Shown in pieces: positions 49,583 through 60,194 of a stretch of DNA of 64,000 nt. The DNA comes from Thermodesulfobacteriota bacterium (GTDB taxonomy: Bacteria > Desulfobacterota_D > UBA1144 > Nemesobacterales > Nemesobacteraceae). Under the pieces are notes generated by a model. The model ran no database searches and was not told the origin of the DNA. It saw only the letters and a list, made by a program, of their open reading frames with translations. Where the stretch lies: contig OZ252213.1 of NCBI GenBank assembly GCA_965249045.1, positions 9,329 to 73,328 of the forward strand. Reading direction: 5' to 3'. The position numbers and the translations under genes were made by a program. Position 1 is the first letter of the stretch. The number at the start of each line of letters is the position of its first letter.

Positions 49583-49656
49583 TGGGCTGCGAGGGATTCG
49601 AACCCACGACCGACTGATTAAGAGTCAGCTGCTCTACCAGACTGAGCTAGCAGCCC
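49583..49656 (-). tRNA. tRNA-Lys (anticodon CTT), CCA not encoded
   Basis: Reverse complement folds as acceptor GGGCTGC/GCAGCCC, anticodon loop CTCTTAA, T-loop TTCGAAT. One U:U mismatch in the T-stem. Confidence 0.75.
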
Positions 49657-49735
49657 GCAAACAGAATAACAGAAAAGAAAACAAATGAAAACCGCAATAT
49701 CCGTCAGTCGAGACAGTTGAAAAACTCTCGCTTTT

Positions 49736-50692
49736 TTGAACTCTCCACCAAGACTGTATACTTTTGAAATTGTGGGAAATCTAATAAATCACTTCAAGGA
49801 ATATAACGAGGCTTACCACGTGCAGATAGAAAATCTGCTAGTGTCTGTTCTGATAGTGGTAATTCTGCTTTTCATCAGAAGAATTCTCATATCCCTCATA
49901 GCCAAGAATGTAAAAGATCCCAAGACCGTTTATCACTCCAAACGCATCATCGGGTACGGCCACGCTTTTCTTCTCATAATACTGCTCGGCAGCGTGTGGA
50001 TAAAGGGTTTCGGTCCCTTAGGAACCTACTTGGGTATAGCGAGTGCCGGTATCGCGATAGCGCTTCATGAAACCATAGCCAACATCGCCGGATGGTTCTT
50101 CATACTCTGGAGAAAACCTTTCGTAATAGGGGACCGTATACAGATAGGAGACACCAAGGGAGACGTAATAGACTTGAGGCTGTTTCAGTTCAGCATGGTT
50201 GAGGTTGGAAACTGGGTTGAAGCGGAACAGAGCACGGGCAGGATTATACACGTCCCCAACAGTCAGGTGATGAAGGAAAGAACCGCGAATTACCACGGCG
50301 GATTTGATTACATATGGAATGAAATACATGTTCTAGTGACATTTGAGAGCAACTGGAAAAAAACACGCGAGATTCTTGAAAAAATAGCGAAGGAAAAAAT
50401 CGAATCCTCTTCAAGGCAGGTCGAACAGCAGTTCCGCCGCGCCGCCGAGAAATACATGATACATTTCTCAAAGCTCACCCCGGCGGTTTACATGTCGGCT
50501 AGAGACAGCGGAGTGCTGTTCTCAATCAGATACATAATAAACCCCAGGCAAAAAAGGGACTCAGAGCAGACTATATGGGAAGCGATACTAAGCGAGTTTG
50601 AAAAGCATCCTGATATCGAGCTTGCATACCCCACGACGCGCTTCTATACCTATACGCAGGAGAGCCCCGGCAAAACAAATCCTGCTCCCTGA
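49736..50692 (+). CDS. Small-conductance mechanosensitive channel (MscS family)
   Basis: TM helices followed by an MscS beta-domain (...IGDRIQIGDTKGDVIDLRLFQFSMVEVGNW...GRIIHVPNS). Start uncertain (TTG at 49736 or a downstream GTG). Confidence 0.7.
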   Translation: MNSPPRLYTFEIVGNLINHFKEYNEAYHVQIENLLVSVLIVVILLFIRRILISLIAKNVKDPKTVYHSKRIIGYGHAFLLIILLGSVWIKGFGPLGTYLGIASAGIAIALHETIANIAGWFFILWRKPFVIGDRIQIGDTKGDVIDLRLFQFSMVEVGNWVEAEQSTGRIIHVPNSQVMKERTANYHGGFDYIWNEIHVLVTFESNWKKTREILEKIAKEKIESSSRQVEQQFRRAAEKYMIHFSKLTPAVYMSARDSGVLFSIRYIINPRQKRDSEQTIWEAILSEFEKHPDIELAYPTTRFYTYTQESPGKTNPAP

Positions 50693-50712
50693 GCCAAGGT
50701 AAAACGGATCTT

Positions 50713-53385
50713 CTACGGTCTATCTCCAGAGGGGCTCTCTTCGGGTTTCACGATGGCAACCGCAGCCGCCTCGGGATTTATGTACTTCCTGGCTACCCTC
50801 GCTACGTCATCCGCCGTCACGGCCAGGATTTTTTCCGGGAACTTTCTGTATTCGTAAGTGCCTATCCCGTAAAGCTCGTCAAACGCGACCGTTGAGGCCT
50901 GGGCCGAATTTCTCTGAAGCCCTATCTCGAAACTGCCGACTATGTAGTTTTTCGCCCTCTCAAGCTCCTGCTCCCCGACACCTTTTAAAACAAGCTGAAG
51001 CTGCTCCTTTATCGCCCCGAGCGCCTCTTTTTCCTTCTGCGGAGCGGTCCCTATATAGACGCCGAAATAGCCATCCTCCATTCCCGGAACATAAAACGAA
51101 GTGACCGCGTAGGCAAGGCTCTTTTTATCACGAAGTTCAATAAAGAGTCTTCCTCCCTGGCCCGAAAGAACGGAATTTAACACCTCAAACGCATAGCGGT
51201 CCCGGCTTTTAAAACCCGGGGCGTGAAAACCCGCGATAATGTGAGTCTGCGCCTTGTCCTTTTCAAACTCAACGGTTTCCCTCGCAGCCGAAAGTGCAGA
51301 TTCGCGAGGCGGCCGGGTCTTTTCAAAACCGCCTTTTTTCATGGAACCAAACAGTTTTTCAAGAACACCAAGTGTTTTCTCCATATCGATGTCGCCTGCA
51401 ACGGAGATAACCATGTTCTCGGGTCTTATGACTCTTTCGTAGAACCCGAGGATGTCAGCCGAGTTAAACCCGCTTACGTTTTCCTCGGTCCCCAGCACAT
51501 TGAACCTGTAGGGATGCTTTAGAAAAAGGGTCTTGAGAAAGTTTCTAACGGTCTTTCCCGTCAGATTGTCTTGCTGTTTTTCGAGAGCGGCCAGGATTTC
51601 CCTTCTCCCACGTTCCATCTCCTCATCGGAAAAAGAGGGGTTAAGTATTACGTCGGAAAAAATATCCAGAGCCCCTTCAAAGTTCTCGCTTAAGGCAGAG
51701 AGGGTCACCCCGACGCTGTTTTTCCCCGAGAACCCGTCAACCGTTCCACCGAGCCCCTCTATCTGCACGGCTATATCTTCGGCGGAGCGGTTAGAGGTGC
51801 CCCGGGTAAACATTTCGGCCATGAAGTTTGAAATTCCGTTCGTGCCCGTGTCCTCATACCTCAGGCCACCCAGAAATGCCGCGTGAATGGAGAAAAGCGG
51901 AACGGCGGGATTCCGCTTCAAAAGAACCCTGATCCCGTTTGAAAGCTCGTATTTTCCAAATTCCGCCTGTGCTGTGGAAACTTTTTTCTTTTCTTTTTTG
52001 TCGGTTCCGTCGGGAAAAAGCAGAGCTTTTTTGAAGTCCTGTTCGACCGCCTTAGTTTTGTCTTTCGGAAGCAGCACTCCCGCGGTGAGATTTTTCCCTG
52101 CCAGATATTTCCTCGCCACGCGCACTATGTCCTCGGGGGTTACGCCTCTCACCCTCTCAAGGTAAAGCCGTTCGTAACCGTGATCTCCCGTTTCAAGCTC
52201 GAAGTACCCGAGTTTTCTTGCCTGTCCCTGCATTGTTTCCTTGGTGCGGATAAAGTCCCTTTCTATGTTCGTTTTGGCGCGGGCGAGTTCCTCGGCCCCG
52301 ACAGGTTCGTTTTTTATAAGTTCTATCTCGGCTATTATCTCCGTTGAGGCTTTTTTGACCTTTTCAGGATCAAATACTCCGCCCACGATGAAAAGACCGG
52401 TTTCCTTGAGGCTGTACGCGTAGGCATATATATCATTTACAGTGGCGTTCTGCTCTTTTAGCTTTCTGTAGAGCCTCGAGCTGTCCCCAGTGCCGAGTAT
52501 GCCGCTTATCACATCAAGAACCGGCGTATCCGCGTGGCTTGCCGAAGGCGTGTGAAAAGCAAAGCTGAAGTAACCCGTGCTTACATCGCGACCAAGAACG
52601 AAGGTTCTTGTGCGGTTCTGCTCGGGTTCGGGGGGAAGCTCACACGCCGGGGTTTTTCTCTTCTTTATTTTTCCGAAAGTCGCAGCAACCGCGTCTTTTA
52701 TTTCCTCGGGATCAAAATCCCCAACCACAACCAGAATCATGTTGTCCGGTGAATACCACTTTTTGTAGAAATCCAGAATCCCGTCCCTAGTGAAACTCCC
52801 AACGCTCTGCTTGGTTCCTATTATCGGCCTTCCGTAGGCATGAACGCTGTAGGCAGTGGAAAGAAGCTCCTGGCTAAGGACCCTTGAAGGAGAGTCCTCT
52901 CCCCTTCTTATCTCTTCCTGGACAACCTCAAGTTCCTTTTCAAGTTCCGCGGGGTCAAAAGCCGAGTTCTCCATGACGTCAGAGAGCAGGTCAAGCGCCA
53001 TTGGTAAAAAGCGCTTAGCGCTTACGATGTAGTAAACAGTCTCGTCAAAGGAGGTAAAAGCGTTTATGTCTCCGCCGCCCGCCTCCACCATTCCGGCTAT
53101 CTCTCCAACCCGTCTTTTTTCCGTCCCCTTGAAAAGCATGTGTTCGTGCACGTGCGCGAGGCCGTACTCTCCCTCCACCTCACACGCGCTTCCGGTCTTA
53201 ACCCACACGTTCACGGCGACGACCGGAGAAGAGTCGTTTCTCTCAAGAAGCACGGTCATACCATTTTCAAGACTGTATTTCGTTACTCCGCCAACACCCG
53301 CCGAGGTCTGCGCATTCAAACTCATAAGGTTTGCTCCCGTAATCAGAATGAACAAAAAAAGTGATTTGAAAAACCAGTTCATCAA
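50713..53385 (-). CDS. Tandem M16 (pitrilysin/insulinase) family zinc peptidase, secreted
   Basis: Signal peptide. Inverted zinc motif HVHEH (HxxEH). Two M16 active/inactive domain pairs in 890 aa. Confidence 0.85.
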   Translation of the reverse strand: MMNWFFKSLFLFILITGANLMSLNAQTSAGVGGVTKYSLENGMTVLLERNDSSPVVAVNVWVKTGSACEVEGEYGLAHVHEHMLFKGTEKRRVGEIAGMVEAGGGDINAFTSFDETVYYIVSAKRFLPMALDLLSDVMENSAFDPAELEKELEVVQEEIRRGEDSPSRVLSQELLSTAYSVHAYGRPIIGTKQSVGSFTRDGILDFYKKWYSPDNMILVVVGDFDPEEIKDAVAATFGKIKKRKTPACELPPEPEQNRTRTFVLGRDVSTGYFSFAFHTPSASHADTPVLDVISGILGTGDSSRLYRKLKEQNATVNDIYAYAYSLKETGLFIVGGVFDPEKVKKASTEIIAEIELIKNEPVGAEELARAKTNIERDFIRTKETMQGQARKLGYFELETGDHGYERLYLERVRGVTPEDIVRVARKYLAGKNLTAGVLLPKDKTKAVEQDFKKALLFPDGTDKKEKKKVSTAQAEFGKYELSNGIRVLLKRNPAVPLFSIHAAFLGGLRYEDTGTNGISNFMAEMFTRGTSNRSAEDIAVQIEGLGGTVDGFSGKNSVGVTLSALSENFEGALDIFSDVILNPSFSDEEMERGRREILAALEKQQDNLTGKTVRNFLKTLFLKHPYRFNVLGTEENVSGFNSADILGFYERVIRPENMVISVAGDIDMEKTLGVLEKLFGSMKKGGFEKTRPPRESALSAARETVEFEKDKAQTHIIAGFHAPGFKSRDRYAFEVLNSVLSGQGGRLFIELRDKKSLAYAVTSFYVPGMEDGYFGVYIGTAPQKEKEALGAIKEQLQLVLKGVGEQELERAKNYIVGSFEIGLQRNSAQASTVAFDELYGIGTYEYRKFPEKILAVTADDVARVARKYINPEAAAVAIVKPEESPSGDRP

Positions 53386-53409
53386 CTCCCGCCGCCTGAA
53401 GAAAAACCC

Positions 53410-54240
53410 CTAGGATTCGTCACCAGCGAGGGGTTCCGATTCTTTGTCCCGTGATTTTGCCTTTGCAGCAAGCTTCCAGGCGCAACGTCCGAGCTCGAGG
53501 AGGAAATAACAATAAGTTATAACGACCGCGACCACTCCGGGATTGGTAACAAGCGCCGTAATGATTATGGAACCTGCGACAAGAGTGCTGAAAGGTCCGA
53601 ATCTGGCGAGCCGCGGGAGTTTCCGGTAAGGAACCTCGCTTACCATAACAAGTCCCACGATGGGAACGAAGAAAAGATAAAAAGATTCCATAAGGGATGA
53701 GGTTATGATCTGAAATTCGGAAAAAAGAAGTATCGGAGACAGAACAAGCCCCGCGGCCATCGGGCTCGGAAGACCCGTGAACACGCGCTTTTCCTTGGTC
53801 GTGAACTGCACATTAAAACGCGCCAGCCTGAGCGCCGCGCAGACCACGTAAAAAAGCATAGCCATAAGTGCCGGTTTTCCGTAATCCGAAAGTCCCCACA
53901 CGTAGAGAAGCACGGCAGGGGCCACTCCAAACGATACAAGGTCGCAGAGAGAATCATAGGACGCTCCGAAGCGGCTTTCCGAGTTAAGAGCCCTTGCTAT
54001 TCTGCCGTCTAGCATGTCGACAAGTACCGCCATGCCGATAAAAGCCGCTGCCCACCAGAACTGAGTGAAAGGCCACTGCTCGGAGATATCGCCTGAGTAG
54101 GATCCATAAATGGAAATCGAAGTCACAATGGACGCGAGCCCAAACGTAAAGCCCAGAGTCGTAAGCAGGCTCGGCAGTATAGGAATAAGTCTTCCTCCGC
54201 GGGAAGGCTTTCTCCTTTTCTTTTTTTTCAAGTTATCCAT
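53410..54240 (-). CDS. pssA: CDP-diacylglycerol--serine O-phosphatidyltransferase (CDP-alcohol phosphatidyltransferase family)
   Basis: DMLDGRIAR...G...D.LCD motif (D-G-x2-A-R...G-x3-D-x3-D). Multiple TM segments. Confidence 0.85.
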   Translation of the reverse strand: MDNLKKKKRRKPSRGGRLIPILPSLLTTLGFTFGLASIVTSISIYGSYSGDISEQWPFTQFWWAAAFIGMAVLVDMLDGRIARALNSESRFGASYDSLCDLVSFGVAPAVLLYVWGLSDYGKPALMAMLFYVVCAALRLARFNVQFTTKEKRVFTGLPSPMAAGLVLSPILLFSEFQIITSSLMESFYLFFVPIVGLVMVSEVPYRKLPRLARFGPFSTLVAGSIIITALVTNPGVVAVVITYCYFLLELGRCAWKLAAKAKSRDKESEPLAGDES

Positions 54241-54878
54241 GCTATAACCGTCCTGCCGGCCACTACCTTCTGCCCCACCTCAACTCCTACCTTCACGTTC
54301 TCGGGCAGGTATACATCCACTCTTGAACCAAACTTTATCATCCCGAATTTTTCCCCGATTTCCAACACGTCGCCGAATTTTGCGCGCGATACTATCCTTC
54401 TCGCAAGAAAACCAGCCACCTGAACTATAACCACCCGCACGCCGCCTTCGCACTCAATAAGGGTCGCAAGCCGCTCGTTGGTATCGGATGAATACCCCTT
54501 AAAGGCCATTTTGAATTTGCCGGGGTAATAGGTAGTTCCGATGACCTTGCCTGAAACAGGGGACCTGTTTATATGGCAGTCGAAAATCGAGAGAAAAATA
54601 CTTATTCTTCTCGTGTTTCGCTTAAGGTAGTCGTTTTCGAGGATCTCTGAGATATCTATTATTTTCCCGTCTGCGGGACAAATCACAGAACCGGGGTCAA
54701 GTGGAGGAAGCTCTCTCTGCGGATCCCTGAAAAAAAAGACAAGAAAAACGGTGAGCAGAACAAAAACTATAAAGAGAAAGAAAGGGCCCAAGAGTGCGAG
54801 GATAAGACAAAGCGCGGCGGAAACATAAATTATGCCGAGCCCTTCGCTTGCGACCCTCAGAAACCGAAAATCCATCAA
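54228..54878 (-). CDS. psd: Phosphatidylserine decarboxylase (short archaeal-type proenzyme)
   Basis: 216 aa, N-terminal TM, C-terminal ...[15 protein letters not shown] (Psd self-cleavage region). Confidence 0.7.
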   Translation of the reverse strand: MMDFRFLRVASEGLGIIYVSAALCLILALLGPFFLFIVFVLLTVFLVFFFRDPQRELPPLDPGSVICPADGKIIDISEILENDYLKRNTRRISIFLSIFDCHINRSPVSGKVIGTTYYPGKFKMAFKGYSSDTNERLATLIECEGGVRVVIVQVAGFLARRIVSRAKFGDVLEIGEKFGMIKFGSRVDVYLPENVKVGVEVGQKVVAGRTVIAWIT

Positions 54879-55891
54879 TTTTTGTCTTTATCAACCAGTT
54901 TTTTCTGGAAAAGCGAGCTCATCATTCCCCTAAGCTCGGCCCCGACGCTTTCAATCGGATGTTCTTCGCCCTGCCTGAGAAGCGCGTTATAGGAAGGCCT
55001 CCCAGCCTGATTCTCAAGTATCCATTCCGACGCGAACTGCCCGGACTGAATCTCCCCGATTATCTTTTTCATCTCCTGTTTTACGGACTCGTTTATGAGT
55101 CTGGGGCCCCTGGTTATGTCTCCGTATTTGGCCGTATCGCTTACCGAGTAGCGCATGTTCGCTATCCCGCCCTCGTATATGAGGTCAACTATCAGCTTGA
55201 CTTCATGGCAGCACTCAAAATACGCCATCTCCGGCGGATAACCAGCCTCGACAAGTGTCTCGTATCCGGCCATGATAAGGGCCGTGAGCCCCCCGCAGAG
55301 AACTGACTGCTCCCCGAAAAGATCGGTTTCCGTCTCATCCTTGAAAGTCGTCTCTATAACGCCCGCCCTCGCACATCCAATGGCCTTGGCATAACCGAGG
55401 GCAAGATCTTTCGCGCTGCCCGTCGGGTTCTGGTGAATGGCCACGAGTCCCGGCACCCCGGCGCCTTCAACATACTGATTCCTTACTGTGTGCCCGGGAG
55501 CCTTAGGAGCAACCATGAATACGTCTATATCAGCAGGAGGGGTGATTTGTCCGTAGTGAATATTGAAACCGTGACTGAACATAAGCGCGTTTCCGGCAGC
55601 AAGGTTCTTTGCAATATGCTCATGGTATATCGCCGGCTGGTATGTGTCCGGAGCCAGCATAACCACTATGTCCGCGGATTTAGAAGCGGCCGAAACGGAC
55701 TTTACGTTAAAACCCGCCTCCTTGGCCTTTTTCCAGTTGGCCCCATCCTTAATATCAGCGACCGTGACTGAGATTCCGCTCTCTCTTAAGTTCTGGGCGT
55801 GGGCATGGCCCTGGCTTCCGTAACCTATTATCGCAACCTTCTTTTTCTTAAGCTTAGACGAATCGATATCCTTATCGTAGTAAACTTTCAC
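54875..55891 (-). CDS. ilvC: Ketol-acid reductoisomerase
   Basis: [21 protein letters not shown] Rossmann motif. Class I KARI length. Confidence 0.95.
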   Translation of the reverse strand: MKVYYDKDIDSSKLKKKKVAIIGYGSQGHAHAQNLRESGISVTVADIKDGANWKKAKEAGFNVKSVSAASKSADIVVMLAPDTYQPAIYHEHIAKNLAAGNALMFSHGFNIHYGQITPPADIDVFMVAPKAPGHTVRNQYVEGAGVPGLVAIHQNPTGSAKDLALGYAKAIGCARAGVIETTFKDETETDLFGEQSVLCGGLTALIMAGYETLVEAGYPPEMAYFECCHEVKLIVDLIYEGGIANMRYSVSDTAKYGDITRGPRLINESVKQEMKKIIGEIQSGQFASEWILENQAGRPSYNALLRQGEEHPIESVGAELRGMMSSLFQKKLVDKDKN

Positions 55892-55904
55892 CGTTTATCC
55901 TCCT

Positions 55905-56399
55905 TTACTTGCTCTTCTTGTTCGCCCGGGACATGGCGACGGTTCCCGTTCTTGCGATTTCCTTTATCCCGAAAGGTCTTTGAAGCTCTAAAAATGCCTG
56001 GATCTTCTGCTCATCCCCGGTAACCTCGAACGTGTAGGATCTCGCGGACACGTCAACGACCTTGGCCCGGAATATGTTGGCGATCCGCAGGATTTCCGCC
56101 TTGGAATCGGCCTTCGCGTCAACCTTGATGAGAATCATCTCTCTTTCCACGCGGTCAAGTTCGGTCATGTCAACAACCTTGATCACGTTAACCATGTTGT
56201 TGAATCTTTTGATTATCTGCTGAATTATGGCTTCGTTGCCGGTTGTGACCAGGGTTATTCTGGACGTCCCCGGTTCCTGGGTCTCCGCAACGTTAAGACT
56301 CTCTATATTGAAATCCCTCGCGCTGAAAAGCCCGGCAATTCTTGAAAGTACCCCGGCTTCATTGTCTACCGTTATGGATATGGTGTGTCTCGATTTCAT
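55905..56399 (-). CDS. ilvN: Acetolactate synthase small (regulatory) subunit
   Basis: ACT domain, ISITVDNEAGVLSRIAGLFSARDFNIESLNV, aligns with E. coli IlvH. Confidence 0.85.
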   Translation of the reverse strand: MKSRHTISITVDNEAGVLSRIAGLFSARDFNIESLNVAETQEPGTSRITLVTTGNEAIIQQIIKRFNNMVNVIKVVDMTELDRVEREMILIKVDAKADSKAEILRIANIFRAKVVDVSARSYTFEVTGDEQKIQAFLELQRPFGIKEIARTGTVAMSRANKKSK

Positions 56400-56506
56400 G
56401 GAACCTCCAAACTATGGTGAAAAAGCTGTCAGGGAACCGCAATTATACCGAATCCCAAAAAAATGTTAATACCTCCGGCCGCAGAATTGGCCGTCGCGCA
56501 AGCTTC

Positions 56507-56827
56507 TCAGCTCTCCGCGTCTCCCTTAAGAATTTCCCCCAGTTCCCCGTTTACGTGCATGTCAGTGCATATATCGCACCCGCCTATGAAATTGCCGTTA
56601 ACGTAGAGCTGCGGAAGCGTCGGCCACTGCGAGAATTCCTTTATCCCCTGGCGGATCTCCGGATCCAAAAGAATGTCGACGGTTTCGTAATCCACTTTAT
56701 AGAAGTTAAGAATGTTCACAACCTGGGCCGAAAAACCGCACCGAGGCGCATCCTTTGACCCCTTCATATAGAGGACAATAGGGGTTTCCCCGATCTGACG
56801 CTCTATTTTTTTCTGTATATCTGACAT
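56507..56827 (-). CDS. grxD: Monothiol glutaredoxin (Grx4/GrxD type)
   Basis: CGFS active site (PRCGFSAQV). Confidence 0.85.
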   Translation of the reverse strand: MSDIQKKIERQIGETPIVLYMKGSKDAPRCGFSAQVVNILNFYKVDYETVDILLDPEIRQGIKEFSQWPTLPQLYVNGNFIGGCDICTDMHVNGELGEILKGDAES

Positions 56828-56838
56828 TACCCTGCTCC

Positions 56839-57078
56839 TTACTTTTTAAGTTTCTCCCACTGATCGTCCGTATAGGTTTTTATCGAGATTGCGTGAATCT
56901 CGGATTCCATAGCGTCTCCAAGCGCCGCGTAAACAAGCTTGTGACGCTCAAGTGGCGGCCTGCCCCTGAACTGTTCGGATACCACGACCGCCTGAAAATG
57001 CGTTCCGTCCCCCTCGACCTCGACAAACGACGCCTGAATACCCTGCTCTATCATTTCGCGAATTCGCTGCGTTTCCAT
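56839..57078 (-). CDS. bolA: BolA-family protein
   Basis: 79 aa with BolA pattern. Adjacent to grxD, the classic BolA-Grx pair. Confidence 0.8.
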   Translation of the reverse strand: METQRIREMIEQGIQASFVEVEGDGTHFQAVVVSEQFRGRPPLERHKLVYAALGDAMESEIHAISIKTYTDDQWEKLKK

Positions 57079-57205
57079 TACAGCGGGGAATTATATACGC
57101 ATATCACCGCGTTTCCAAGAAAAGGGTCCCAAGCCGATTTCCCTTGCAAAAATCCCCGGCTGTTTTATCTTTAATGTGCCTGAAAAAAGAGGTTTCCCAC
57201 TACAA

Positions 57206-57649
57206 ATGAAAGTCAGAGAGATAATGAGCAGCCCAGTGGTCACCGCCAATGAGGACGACTCGCTTGAGCAATGCGCGCGCAAGATGCTTGAACTCAAAAT
57301 CGACGAACTTCCCGTGGTAAACGACGGCGGAGAGCTTACGGGATTTCTCTCCGTAACCGACTTTGTCGCCAAGAAAACCACCGTTTCCTTCTCAAGAACC
57401 GAAATTCTTGAGCTTTTCGGACAGTGGTTTGACAAGAGAGAAATCGAAAGGATATACAAGGATGCAGGGCGCATCACCGCGAAGGAAGTAATGAGCAGCC
57501 CGGTTATCTCCATCGGCCCGGATGAATCGGTAAAAGAAGTGTTCGAGAAACTGGCCGGAGCCGGCATCCACAGTGTCGTCGTGGTCGAGGACGAAAAACC
57601 CGTGGGACTTGTCTCGGTATCAGATTTCCTGAAACTGATCGTGAGATAG
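57206..57649 (+). CDS. CBS-domain pair protein
   Basis: Two CBS repeats ([15 protein letters not shown]... and [15 protein letters not shown]...). Confidence 0.75.
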   Translation: MKVREIMSSPVVTANEDDSLEQCARKMLELKIDELPVVNDGGELTGFLSVTDFVAKKTTVSFSRTEILELFGQWFDKREIERIYKDAGRITAKEVMSSPVISIGPDESVKEVFEKLAGAGIHSVVVVEDEKPVGLVSVSDFLKLIVR

Positions 57650-57675
57650 CCTATCTCCGGTTCCGCTCCGCTATC

Positions 57676-58059
57676 ATGAAAAGCTTTGGGGTATCAAAGG
57701 AAAAGCAGACGGTACTTGCGCGGGAAATGAAGCGTTTGGGCATAAGGGAAGAGGATCTCGAGGAAACTTTCACAAGATCCTCGGGACCCGGAGGTCAGAA
57801 CGTAAACAAGGTGGCTACCTGCGTGCACCTGCGACACCGCCCAAGCGGTATTACCGTAAAGGTTATGAGGGAACGTTCCCAAGCGCTTAATAGATTCCTC
57901 GCAAGAAGAAATCTCGCCGAGAGAATCGCGACGCTGCTTTACGGAGAAGATTCTGCGGAAACAAAGAAAGCGCGGAAAACAATAAAACAGAAGAAAAGAA
58001 GAAAAAGAAAAACGGCGAAAAAACTCGCCGCCGGAGACGGCGGAAACGTTCAGGAATAA
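57676..58059 (+). CDS. arfB: Peptidyl-tRNA hydrolase ArfB (alternative ribosome-rescue factor, GGQ domain)
   Basis: GGQ motif [11 protein letters not shown]. Basic C-terminal tail. Confidence 0.8.
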   Translation: MKSFGVSKEKQTVLAREMKRLGIREEDLEETFTRSSGPGGQNVNKVATCVHLRHRPSGITVKVMRERSQALNRFLARRNLAERIATLLYGEDSAETKKARKTIKQKKRRKRKTAKKLAAGDGGNVQE

Positions 58060-58081
58060 GACTGCGGCTGGCGAATACGCA

Positions 58082-58666
58082 ATGAAAAAAGCTTCCGATT
58101 CCAAATACGGCTCCGAAACGCACGGCACGGCAAGCGGATCTGCGTTTGGGGATTACGGATCGCTCCGCCAGTTATGGTGCTTAACGTTTCTTTTACTGCT
58201 TTGCCCGGCGGCGGCGGGAGCCGAAACTCTGACGGGCAAGCCTTACGTAACGGACGGCGACACGGTCAGGATCTCAGGGGAGCGGATCAGACTCGAAGGC
58301 ATCGACGCACCGGAGAGAAAGCAGCGGTGCAAAGACTCCTCCGGAAAAAGCTACAGCTGCGGCCTTGTTTCAACCGCGGCTCTTAGAACCAAGACAGGGA
58401 GCAATTCCATTACGTGCGAGGGCACGGCGCGCGACCGTTACGGACGCTTTCTCGGGATCTGCTACCTAGGTGAGCTTGACTTAAACGGCTGGCTGGTCCG
58501 AAACGGTTACGCTCTCGCTTACACGCGCTACTCGCGCCGCTACGCCTCCGCCGAGCAGGAGGCCCGCCAAAACGGCCGCGGCCTGTGGGCCGGGGAATTC
58601 GTCGCGCCCTGGAACTGGCGAAAGGGAGAACGGCTTACGACCACCTCTCAACCGCCCGGTCAGTGA
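58082..58666 (+). CDS. Secreted staphylococcal-nuclease (SNase/thermonuclease) homologue
   Basis: Signal peptide. SNase pattern ...DGDTVRI...IRLEGIDAPE...RYGRFLG...GLW. Confidence 0.8.
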   Translation: MKKASDSKYGSETHGTASGSAFGDYGSLRQLWCLTFLLLLCPAAAGAETLTGKPYVTDGDTVRISGERIRLEGIDAPERKQRCKDSSGKSYSCGLVSTAALRTKTGSNSITCEGTARDRYGRFLGICYLGELDLNGWLVRNGYALAYTRYSRRYASAEQEARQNGRGLWAGEFVAPWNWRKGERLTTTSQPPGQ

Positions 58667-58716
58667 ATTGGCAGCGAAGAGTTGAAAAACCGGGAGTTTC
58701 CGTCAGTTTTACTTAC

Positions 58717-59997
58717 ATGGAAAACCAGACCGCAGATCCCCCCGAGGAAAGCCGCGGACTCTCAGAAGACTGGGTTGTTTTCGGACCGGCTTTCGTCCTT
58801 ATCGCTCTCGGGCTTGTTTTCCCCCATCTCTCTCTTCCCAAGTTTTCGTGGACCCCCGATTCTCTGGGCAAGGTCTTAAGTGCGGAGAACATCTCTGTTT
58901 CCCTTTCGCTGGGCGCGGCCTTTTTGCTTCTCTCAAGCGTCGGCGTCCGCCTGCTGGGCGGATCAGTCGCCCGCTACGCCGCGGGCTTTCCCATAGTCTT
59001 CGCCCTCGCGTGGGCGTCCAAGTTCCTAGCCGGAAACGCAATGGCCAAGGAATGGGGGATAAGCTACGTCATCTTCGCCCTTTTCATCGGAATGCTCATC
59101 GGCAACGTTTTCCCCGATCGCTTCCGGGAGGCGGTCCGCACCGAGTACTACATCAAAATCGGGCTTATCATCCTGGGTTCCGGGGTCCTGTTCGGCAAGA
59201 TACTCTCTGCGGGGTTAGCGGGGATTCTGCAGGCCCTGCTCGTTGTCCTCGTCATCTGGTATGCCTGCTACTGGATCTGCCGGAAGCTTGCCGTGGATTC
59301 CGAGTTCGCCGTCATTCTCTCCACGGCCGTTTCAATCTGTGGAGTCTCGGCCGCCATTGCGGCCTGCGGAGCCATAGGCGGAGACAGAAAGAAGCTCTCC
59401 TACGTAACTTCTCTCGTTCTCATAGTGGCCGTCCCCATGATGCTGATCATGCCCTGGGCTGTAGAGCATTTCCAGATTCCTGCGGTAGTAGGAGGAGCAT
59501 GGATCGGAGGAACCATTGACACAACAGGAGCCGTGGTGGCCGCCGGGGAACTGGTGGGAGAGTCGGCGATGAACGCCGCCGTAGTGGTGAAGTTTTCGCA
59601 GAACGCAATGCTGGGTCTAGCGGCGTTCGCTCTTTCTCTGTGGTGGACGTTCCGCCAAGGCGCGGATGAAGGGGTAAAGCCGTCGGCCGGGGTCATCTGG
59701 GAGCGCTTTCCGAAATTCATTCTGGGTTTCATGGCGACATCGCTTCTTTTTTCCTTCGTCGTGGGAGACGATCTCGTCTCGCAGACAAAGGGGCTCATGA
59801 AGGAACTTCGCGGCTGGTGGTTCGCCCTCGCCTTTGTCTGCATAGGCCTTGAGACCCATCTTTCCACCCTGATCAGCATGGAAGAAGGCCGCCCCGCCTA
59901 CGCGTTTCTCATAGCGCAGGGGATGAACGTCATCTGGACACTGGCCGTGGCGTGGCTTCTTTTCGGCGGCTTGTTATTCCCCGCCCCAGCTCTGTAG
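58717..59997 (+). CDS. Polytopic membrane protein, possible UPF0324/YeiH (putative sulfate exporter) family
   Basis: 10-12 TM helices. ...AVSICGVSAAIAA... resembles the YeiH ICG.SA motif. Start trimmed to MENQTADP to avoid overlapping the nuclease gene. Confidence 0.5.
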   Translation: MENQTADPPEESRGLSEDWVVFGPAFVLIALGLVFPHLSLPKFSWTPDSLGKVLSAENISVSLSLGAAFLLLSSVGVRLLGGSVARYAAGFPIVFALAWASKFLAGNAMAKEWGISYVIFALFIGMLIGNVFPDRFREAVRTEYYIKIGLIILGSGVLFGKILSAGLAGILQALLVVLVIWYACYWICRKLAVDSEFAVILSTAVSICGVSAAIAACGAIGGDRKKLSYVTSLVLIVAVPMMLIMPWAVEHFQIPAVVGGAWIGGTIDTTGAVVAAGELVGESAMNAAVVVKFSQNAMLGLAAFALSLWWTFRQGADEGVKPSAGVIWERFPKFILGFMATSLLFSFVVGDDLVSQTKGLMKELRGWWFALAFVCIGLETHLSTLISMEEGRPAYAFLIAQGMNVIWTLAVAWLLFGGLLFPAPAL

Positions 59998-60194
59998 GCG
60001 TTTTGTACAAAATACCGTAAACCCCGGAAGACCCCCTCTGGGTTTCAGGAACTAGCAGTTTTGGGAGGAAAAGAACTATTTCGAAGCCCCTTTCAGGAGG
60101 TGACAATCCAAAACTTCCGTATAATTCTGGTGATATTGCCAAACCCTTAAAGCCAAGTACCTTAATCCGATAAATATCCACAGGAGCGAACATA

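Noticed and set aside
58848-59879. 223-aa plus-strand and 159-aa minus-strand ORFs rich in Arg/Pro/His
   Set aside because: Alternative-frame artefacts within the GC-rich YeiH-like membrane-protein gene (58717-59997).
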